NCBI GenBank assembly: GCA_963701385.1 | Contig: CAVOZW010000027.1 | Location: 132,602 to 196,601 of the forward strand | Origin: an uncultured delta proteobacterium | Lineage (GTDB): Bacteria > Desulfobacterota > Desulfobacteria > Desulfobacterales > B30-G6 | Reading direction: 5' to 3' | DNA: 64,000 nt | Shown here: piece by piece, positions 52,767 through 59,736 of the stretch | Layout of the letters: every line of letters begins with the position of its first letter | Position numbering within the stretch: the first letter of the stretch is position 1 | Notes under the pieces: generated by a model | The model's database searches: none | What the model saw: only the letters and a program-made list of their open reading frames with translations | What the model was told of the DNA's origin: nothing | Translations under genes and position numbers: made by a program

Positions 52767-53657
52767 ATGGCTGGAATGCTGAAAACTATCGCCTGGAATG
52801 GCATTTGCTTGTGCGTGCCTTGCGCATGGGATCTTGTCCGGATTGACACACGGCACCTGTTTTTCGACAATCATGCCCGTCCTGCCATGGAAATCAAATG
52901 GAGGCCCGTAAAGGGTCGTTTCTCCCATCGCTCACATCTAAAAAAACTCATCGCTCAGCAAAAACACTATCCGGACCGGCATGTTGAAGCATGGCATCTG
53001 CCGTCCACCTGGGAAAAGGCCCTTTCAAACTTTATCGCCAAGGGATTTTCTTGGCAGTCTGGAACTGAAAATGGACGGGGTGCCATTCTGTTCTGTTCTG
53101 GCTGCAAGACAGCCATCATTTTCCAGATTTTCAATATGGCCGATCATTTGACCGATGAAACAACTCTCGAGATGCTGAAAAGCCTTCAAGATCACCGCAG
53201 CGACCACCAAACAGACTGGACTGTTTTCGACATCCACGCCCGCTTGCCCAAAACCTTTCAACTGGTCGACTATTTATTTAAACCTGGGAATTACAAACTT
53301 GCTTTGTCAGATGGATATCAAGCGCTCAAGCTCTTTCGATGGGCACCGGCATCTGCCTTTCTGTCACAAAGCAACCTGGCACAGTTTGCAGCAAGCTCGC
53401 TGGCATTTGAACAGCAGAACCTGGTCTCGACCCGCTTTCTTGATCACCCCGCTGTGGAATGGCGATCAAACACAACTGCCCGCTGGCACAATTGGCTGGG
53501 CCGGTTCAAACGAAAACCGGTCTTCCACTGGGTGCGTGTTTGGCATTTGGCAGAAAAAAATCGGATCCTGGGAATTCGATTCGACAGCAAAAGGCCTATT
53601 GACATGGATCTGATGACAACTATCAGTGCCAATTATAGTGTCAGAATCAAATTTTGA
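52767..53657 (+). CDS. Hypothetical protein (296 aa), unknown function
   Basis: ORF starting 12 nt after the upstream stop. I recognise no motif. Confidence 0.5.
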   Translation: MAGMLKTIAWNGICLCVPCAWDLVRIDTRHLFFDNHARPAMEIKWRPVKGRFSHRSHLKKLIAQQKHYPDRHVEAWHLPSTWEKALSNFIAKGFSWQSGTENGRGAILFCSGCKTAIIFQIFNMADHLTDETTLEMLKSLQDHRSDHQTDWTVFDIHARLPKTFQLVDYLFKPGNYKLALSDGYQALKLFRWAPASAFLSQSNLAQFAASSLAFEQQNLVSTRFLDHPAVEWRSNTTARWHNWLGRFKRKPVFHWVRVWHLAEKNRILGIRFDSKRPIDMDLMTTISANYSVRIKF

Positions 53658-53670
53658 AACATCACCGAAT

Positions 53671-54057
53671 ATGAAATTTTCGAAAAAAAAATCCAATCGC
53701 TCACAGCTAACAAAAAGTCAGGCCCTGACGCTGGTACCTGTCAAGAGCATTGAAATCTCCGAAATAACCCTAAAATCCGGGCATACCGTTATCCGTTACC
53801 CCGTCACCATGCGGCCCTGGATGGCGAAGTGGATCCAGAAATTCAAGGGCTCTGCCCTGCAGGTTGGATCAAGGAAGCTGCAGTTAGACAATCTGGGAAC
53901 CGACGTCTGGAAAATGATCGATGGGAAACGAACGGTTAGGAATATTGCCGACGCATTTGCCGAGTCTCATCAACTGGGGTATCGGGAAGCCGAGATGGCT
54001 GTCACCCAGTTTCTCAGGGATCTGGGCAAGCGTGGGCTGATTGGCATGCAAGAATAA
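53671..54057 (+). CDS. PqqD-family (RiPP-recognition-element-like) protein
   Basis: 'LQLDNLGTDVWKMIDGKRTVRNIADAFAESHQLGYREAEMAVTQFLRDLGKRGLI' is the PqqD pattern. I chose the ATG at 53671, which lies 13 nt past the upstream stop; the listed ORF start at 53626 would overlap the upstream gene. Confidence 0.7.
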   Translation: MKFSKKKSNRSQLTKSQALTLVPVKSIEISEITLKSGHTVIRYPVTMRPWMAKWIQKFKGSALQVGSRKLQLDNLGTDVWKMIDGKRTVRNIADAFAESHQLGYREAEMAVTQFLRDLGKRGLIGMQE

Positions 54058-54076
54058 ATTCGTGGGGCGAATTTAT
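54054..54076. terminator. AT-rich palindrome ATAAATTCG-TGGGG-CGAATTTAT overlapping the TAA stop, between convergent genes
   Basis: 9-nt perfect arms. It resembles the ATAAAATCGT family, and its stop codon sits at the same relative position. Confidence 0.4.
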
Positions 54077-54118
54077 GAAACTCGATGATGTCGCTTTTTT
54101 TAAACTGCCACAAGATCG

Positions 54119-54457
54119 CTAGAAGGACTTGAGCGCTTCATCCATTGTCCCCACGATCGGCAGAAAGGTATCAAAGCCTGCGATTTCAAAGACTTCCTTT
54201 ACATAATCCTGCATGGAACAAAGCATGATCTGGCCTTTCTCGCGGTGCAGTGCCTTGGTAGCTTTCAAAATGACGCGCAGGCCTGCACTGGAAATGTAAT
54301 CGATATTCTTGAAATCGATCACCATCTGTATCGATCCATCCGATATCGCACCAAAGATCTTTTCTTCGAAGTCCTGGGACGTGTTGGAATCAAGTCGGCC
54401 GTTGAGTTTGAAAACACAGATAGTTTCTTGTATTTCTTCAATTATTTCCATAAACAT
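54119..54457 (-). CDS. STAS-domain anti-anti-sigma-like protein (RsbV/SpoIIAA family)
   Basis: 112 aa. 'VFKLNGRLDSNTSQDFEEK' and 'IDYISSAGLRVIL' (conserved phosphorylatable Ser context). Confidence 0.85.
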   Translation of the reverse strand: MFMEIIEEIQETICVFKLNGRLDSNTSQDFEEKIFGAISDGSIQMVIDFKNIDYISSAGLRVILKATKALHREKGQIMLCSMQDYVKEVFEIAGFDTFLPIVGTMDEALKSF

Positions 54458-54472
54458 ACCTCCAAAACTAGC

Positions 54473-54901
54473 TTAGTCCTGTTTTTGAATTTTACGTTTA
54501 AGAACAAGAATGTTTTTATCCGCGAGCCGTTGATATTGAACATCGTCCATCAGTTTTCTGATGAGATGAATGCCTAAACCGCCGATCTTACACTCCTCGA
54601 TACCACACTGAAAATCAGGCGTCTTTGACGCCAGTGGGTTAAAAGGAAGACCATCATCTTCTATGCACATGTGCAGCAGATCTCCCTCGATGGTGATGAC
54701 AATTTTGATGGTATGTTCCTGCTGGTCCTGGAAGCCATACGAGATAATATTGGTGAACAGTTCATCGAGAGCCAGATTCATTTCAAAGATGGACTTGTCC
54801 GAAATACCGATGCTTCGGCCGATCTCTTCACAGGTCTGGCATAAATGATCCAGTTCGGACAAATTATTTTTCAGCTCAAGATGATATACTTTCTTGGGCA
54901 T
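54473..54901 (-). CDS. RsbW/SpoIIAB-like serine kinase (HATPase_c anti-sigma-type)
   Basis: 'LALDELFTNIISYG', 'IEDDGLPFNP', 'GGLGIHLIRKLMDDV'. An alternative start lies at 54952. Confidence 0.8.
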   Translation of the reverse strand: MPKKVYHLELKNNLSELDHLCQTCEEIGRSIGISDKSIFEMNLALDELFTNIISYGFQDQQEHTIKIVITIEGDLLHMCIEDDGLPFNPLASKTPDFQCGIEECKIGGLGIHLIRKLMDDVQYQRLADKNILVLKRKIQKQD

Positions 54902-55026
54902 CTGCCTTAACCTTTCCAAGGGATTGTCTTTAAACGAACAATAACACATCAACCGTCTCGCATCAACAACGAGGGTTGTTAAGGTCTATTGAAAACAAGA
55001 CCATTCGCCCATGATCGATGAACCAG

Positions 55027-55551
55027 CTATAGCAAACTGACGCCGAGCTCCTTCATACAGTCAGTGCATTGATCTGTGCGGTTTGACAGGAAACTTTTTT
55101 CCCATCCATCGACACCGGCCACAAGCGCTTTGATCAGACTGGGCATGAGGTCCTGAAACTGGGACAGGGTGCGCGTAAATTTTTCCCTGGCAATGACAAG
55201 ACAGTTCGTTTCCGATACCGCCTTCAGGGAAAACAGTCGCTGCATCGGGCCCATCAGAGAAAACCCACCAAAAAATTCGCCTTCCCGGCATTGACGAATC
55301 TCCCTGATGAGACCTTCTTTTTCCCTTTCCAGCACGGCATGGCCACTGATAATATAAAAAGCCTGCCCGTCGTCCTCGCCCTGACGAAAGAGATACTCTC
55401 CTTCCTGGAATTTTTCTCTGCCGCAAATATAGGCGAACACCTTCAAAGTCTCCAGGGGAACTGCCGAAAAGAGATAGGTCTGTCTCAATAGTTCGAGATT
55501 CTGATCCAACTCACAACCTGGGGCCAGTTTATCATTTTCCAACGAGCTCAT
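55027..55551 (-). CDS. Stand-alone cyclic-nucleotide-binding domain protein
   Basis: 'FQEGEYLFRQGEDDGQAFYIISGHAVL' and 'FGGFSLMGPMQRLFSLKAVSETNCLVI'. The ATG at 55551 overlaps the ABC gene's end by 20 nt. Confidence 0.75.
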   Translation of the reverse strand: MSSLENDKLAPGCELDQNLELLRQTYLFSAVPLETLKVFAYICGREKFQEGEYLFRQGEDDGQAFYIISGHAVLEREKEGLIREIRQCREGEFFGGFSLMGPMQRLFSLKAVSETNCLVIAREKFTRTLSQFQDLMPSLIKALVAGVDGWEKSFLSNRTDQCTDCMKELGVSLL

Positions 55552-58042
55552 ATAGCGTTCCTTTCCGATCCATGAGGTTGTTGTAGGTATCCATTTCAAG
55601 GATTTTTCCAGCCTTCATTACCGCCACTTTATCAAAGTTTTGAATCGTATCCAGACGATGCACCACGGAAATCAAGGTGCTTTTTTTCTTCCAGCGCGTC
55701 TCCAGAAGATTGAGTATTCGTGCCTGAGACGTATTATCAAGGGCTGATGTCGCCTCGTCCATGATTAAAATTCTGGGATTCTTCAGAAAAGCCCTTGCAA
55801 TGGCCAGTTTCTGCCTTTGCCCGCCCGAAAGATTGTCACCCTTGCTACCCACATCATAATGCATTCCGATTTCAATTATCCGTTCTAGAAGATCCTCTTC
55901 AACCAGAAGCTGGATAATGCTCTGATCGATGCGTTCCTGCGCAGCTAAATGGGTCGTGGTGGTCTTGCCGAAAAAGATATTGCTGAGAATCGTTTGAGAA
56001 AAAATGTATTTGGACATATGATAAAAAGTGTAAGTACCGGGATCGTCCTCGGTAATTTTCTTACGAAACAGTGCCCGTCCTTCCAGGATGAGACTTTCCA
56101 GCATCTGGGGCATGGACACCATTTTGTGGATGCCTGGTGCAAAACGAAGCACAACGTCCAGAAGTTTTTGGCGCTCCATATCGGAAAAATCGTGCAGCCG
56201 TTTCTTTTTCAGGGTATCCACCAAGATTATGAGATCATCCAGCTCTGCCGGCACGACGGGGCTTTGATTGAAGAAAATGGCGTCCTTTGGTAATTTGCTC
56301 AGAATATCGACCGATTGTTTCACCAGTTCGATTCCGAGACTCAGCAATGGTCGGGTTAAATCCGCTTCATCTAAAAATCGAAGAAAATAAGGACTGCGAC
56401 AGAGATTCGCATCGGAAAAAGAGGACTGGTTCGGTGTACCAAAGGTCAAATTTTCAGCGATACTGGAATAGTGAAGGTATTGATCCTGGTCGAAAAACTC
56501 CACATAATCGGCCAGCGTTTCACCGAATGTCTGTTGGAAGTTGTTGCGCACGCGAATGAGGGTGTCCATCAGATCCTGGTTGTGATCACGCACCAAGACC
56601 GTATTTAATCCAAAGCGCAGCACATCCACAAAAATGCCTGTCTGATGCAGTATCGCAATGATATCGTCCAACGACGGCAAAAGGTTTCTGACGTCTTTCC
56701 CACGTCGTCCCAATCTGGCCTCACAGGAATACAGAAGATTCTCCTCGATGGTCCCATCGAAAATATACGGATTTTGGGCAACCAGACCGATGTTGTTCAC
56801 GATATCCATTTTGGAAAGATCGTCAATGTCCTGGCCTCCGATATGGATTTTGCCGCTGGTATGTTTGTAGAGCTGGCCGATACATGCCGCCAGTGTACTT
56901 TTGCCGCTGCCGGAAAATCCAACCAGTGCCATGTGTTCGCCGGGTGCCAGTGAGAAGTTGATGTCTTCAATCAAAGAGATACCGCTCTCGGTAACAAAAG
57001 ACAGCTGCTTGGCCTCGATGCTGCCCTCCAGCTTCAGTGCTTCCCGATCCATAGATTTTAGAAGAAACTCAGGTTCAGCATCGAAATACTCCATGGTCCG
57101 CTGGTAGGTTACAGAACCATCTTGAAATACCTGATAAAACTCCACGAGTTCTTTCCAGGGGTCAAACAGCTTCTCCTGGGCGGATACGAAAGCCATCAAT
57201 GCACCCAGCTCCAACTGTCCTTTGATAGCCAGCCAGCCCCCCAGAATAAATACCAGAAAGGGACCCAGGCTAGTAAAAAAGCCATTCATCGACTTGACCC
57301 CAAATCGGTACAAACTCCAACCGATTCTTATTTTCTGAAGCTTGTCGACCATTCTGCCATATTTACTGTTTTCGATGGCATGAGCACCGTTGCCCTGAAT
57401 TTCATGGATACCGGATACCGTTTCGGCGATGCGCGACGAAAAGATTCTGGAAGCATCCACGCGCTTCTTGTTTGCTTGGTTCACCCTTCGTTGCAGCATG
57501 GGCAGCAAAAGAATGGCAAGAGGATAGATGCTGAGCGACACCAATGCCAAGAGCCAGTTCAGCCAGAAGAGATACCCGGCAAATGCCATCAGGGTCAGAA
57601 AATTGGTCACAGGCGCCGCAATGGATAACCCCACGAAGTTTCCCGGCAGCGTCAACTCGGCAGACAGGGAATTCACCACCATACCGGCCTGTGTCTTTCG
57701 AAAAAAACCCAATGGCAGGGTCAAGATATGGGCGTAGAGGTCTTTTCTCATGCGGGCGGTGGTTCGCTCGGAAATCAGGGTCTGAATCACGTTGGTCAGA
57801 AATTTGAGGCCACTGGCTAAAACGACGGCAATCAAATAGACGCCGCAGTAGATGACCAGCAAATCGACATTTCTCAGATTGATGGCTTCGTTCACCACAC
57901 GTTTCTGCATCTCCAAGGGCAATACCCTGGCAAATACCATCACCACAATAATCAGCAGCAGCAGCAGCTGCAATTTGAGATTGCCGGGCAATATCCATGA
58001 AAACAAGGGTCTCTTGACGACAGGAATGTCAGCCTTGGGCAT
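55532..58042 (-). CDS. Fused TMD-NBD ABC exporter with a ~270-aa insertion inside the nucleotide-binding domain
   Basis: Six-helix TMD (aa 20-300). Walker A 'GFSGSGKST' at about aa 375-383, Q-loop 'VAQNP', and the signature 'LSGGQRQK' only at aa 738-745. Walker B is 'LIMDEATSALD'. Confidence 0.85.
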   Translation of the reverse strand: MPKADIPVVKRPLFSWILPGNLKLQLLLLLIIVVMVFARVLPLEMQKRVVNEAINLRNVDLLVIYCGVYLIAVVLASGLKFLTNVIQTLISERTTARMRKDLYAHILTLPLGFFRKTQAGMVVNSLSAELTLPGNFVGLSIAAPVTNFLTLMAFAGYLFWLNWLLALVSLSIYPLAILLLPMLQRRVNQANKKRVDASRIFSSRIAETVSGIHEIQGNGAHAIENSKYGRMVDKLQKIRIGWSLYRFGVKSMNGFFTSLGPFLVFILGGWLAIKGQLELGALMAFVSAQEKLFDPWKELVEFYQVFQDGSVTYQRTMEYFDAEPEFLLKSMDREALKLEGSIEAKQLSFVTESGISLIEDINFSLAPGEHMALVGFSGSGKSTLAACIGQLYKHTSGKIHIGGQDIDDLSKMDIVNNIGLVAQNPYIFDGTIEENLLYSCEARLGRRGKDVRNLLPSLDDIIAILHQTGIFVDVLRFGLNTVLVRDHNQDLMDTLIRVRNNFQQTFGETLADYVEFFDQDQYLHYSSIAENLTFGTPNQSSFSDANLCRSPYFLRFLDEADLTRPLLSLGIELVKQSVDILSKLPKDAIFFNQSPVVPAELDDLIILVDTLKKKRLHDFSDMERQKLLDVVLRFAPGIHKMVSMPQMLESLILEGRALFRKKITEDDPGTYTFYHMSKYIFSQTILSNIFFGKTTTTHLAAQERIDQSIIQLLVEEDLLERIIEIGMHYDVGSKGDNLSGGQRQKLAIARAFLKNPRILIMDEATSALDNTSQARILNLLETRWKKKSTLISVVHRLDTIQNFDKVAVMKAGKILEMDTYNNLMDRKGTLYELVGK

Positions 58043-58105
58043 AACATGCTCCTTCTGGCATTGTTTTTTGTCTTTCGTATGCTAGATGCAAAATGCGCTT
58101 GCTTC

Positions 58106-59566
58106 TCATAAGAGTTTGATAACCACCAGTGTCACATCATCTTCCTGCGGGACGTCGCCCCTGAATGCTTGCAGCGCATCGATGACGGCGTTTTGAATCG
58201 CTTCTGCAGGCTCCCGGCTATGTTTACGGATGATTTCGCGCAATCGTGTTTGCCCGAACATGGCATCTTCCCGGTTCCGGCTTTCAGGAATACCATCCGT
58301 ACCGACAACGAGAACACTGCCGGGTTCCCATCCTTGCCGCTCGAACATCTGGTACGGATAATCGCCCACAACACCCAGGGCCATGCCCTTTCCCGACAGT
58401 TCTTCAAATTTGTCGCTTTTCGGCGCAAACAGGATGGCCGGTTCATGCCCGGCGCGAACCCAGCGGAGTTTCTGTGACTGCACGTCGATTTCAAGGAAGA
58501 ACATGCTCAGAAAACGGCTTGTGGCTTCGCTGTCACGTGTTACGTACCGGTTGACTTCCTCCAAAAGGAGAGCCGGCCCCTGATATTCGCTCACGCTGAG
58601 GTGCAGAAACGCACGGGCGGCAGTCATGTGCATGGCAGCGCTGATGCCGTGCCCTGAGGCATCTGCCACCACGACTCCGAGCTTATGGTCAGGCAACTTA
58701 AGAAAATCGTAATAGTCGCCTCCAATTTCATCACAGTATAGGCTGGTCCCTGAAATGTCCAGATGTGGGTAGCTTGGCGACTTTTTTGGTAAAAGATTCT
58801 GTTGAATTTCCTCAGCAAGTTTGAGTTCGTTGACCAGTCGCATCCGGTGCCGTAACCCGTCAATCATGTTGTTCGTATGTCCTGCGATGATACCGAATTC
58901 ATCGTTGGTGGCGATGGGCACTTTCCCTGTGAGATCCCCCTTGCTAACCCGCTCCAGAATGCCGGTTTCGTTTGAAAACAGGAGCTTAAGATTTTTCGAA
59001 TAGGACACGATCAGGTTAATGACCAGGACGAGCATGACCACCATGATAAAAAAGATTTCGTAAGTAATCGACAACTGTGCGTCCGTTAGGGAGGTGGCAG
59101 CCGGATCCAGGTTTGTCAGCCATACGATGTCACGCGTAATTACCAGCACGAGAATCATCGAGAAAAACAATACCGATGTCAAGGCCGCCAGTAAAAACTT
59201 GCGCGTCATGGAATAGAGATTCTTGGGTGGCTCCTGAGGCTTGTTCGACGCTAGGGTTCTGAAAATAATTTTGCGTTCCCTTTCCAGCGCGGTGTCCAAA
59301 GCCAGAAAAAAGCCAGCCATCAGGCATCCGATCAACAGGGACAGGGTGCTCGTAATGGGAATCCCTATCACCAGCATATTATAAATGCTGGCTATAATAC
59401 CGGCCAACAGGCTCAAGGAAAGGTCCAGAAAAAATTGGCGACTGGGTTGCGACGAATCCACCACCGGCAACACAACCATTTTCAGCAGCGGTTTTCTTGC
59501 AATCAGAACTGCTGCATATGCAAAAAAAAGTATTGCCCCCAGCTCCACGGGGGGCATGGCAGCCAT
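58106..59566 (-). CDS. Membrane-bound PP2C phosphatase, RsbU/SpoIIE family, with a multi-TM sensor and a HAMP-like linker
   Basis: N-terminal TM helices. 'ERVSKGDLTGKVPIATNDEFGIIAGHTNNMIDGL' is HAMP-like. 'GGDYYDF', 'VVVADASGHGISAA' and 'LVVGTDGIPE' are PPM motifs. Confidence 0.85.
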   Translation of the reverse strand: MAAMPPVELGAILFFAYAAVLIARKPLLKMVVLPVVDSSQPSRQFFLDLSLSLLAGIIASIYNMLVIGIPITSTLSLLIGCLMAGFFLALDTALERERKIIFRTLASNKPQEPPKNLYSMTRKFLLAALTSVLFFSMILVLVITRDIVWLTNLDPAATSLTDAQLSITYEIFFIMVVMLVLVINLIVSYSKNLKLLFSNETGILERVSKGDLTGKVPIATNDEFGIIAGHTNNMIDGLRHRMRLVNELKLAEEIQQNLLPKKSPSYPHLDISGTSLYCDEIGGDYYDFLKLPDHKLGVVVADASGHGISAAMHMTAARAFLHLSVSEYQGPALLLEEVNRYVTRDSEATSRFLSMFFLEIDVQSQKLRWVRAGHEPAILFAPKSDKFEELSGKGMALGVVGDYPYQMFERQGWEPGSVLVVGTDGIPESRNREDAMFGQTRLREIIRKHSREPAEAIQNAVIDALQAFRGDVPQEDDVTLVVIKLL

Positions 59567-59736
59567 GAACGGTCAGACCTGTCCACCATATATGGTCAAG
59601 GCAATGACTCCAAACGCATAGTGGGCAATGATACGCATGAGAGGGTCCTTTATTAAATCGCAGGGCGATGTTCGTTATTGCGACGATGTCGCTCTAATAC
59701 CAAGTCAAGGTAACGATATGTGGCTTGGGTGTCAAG

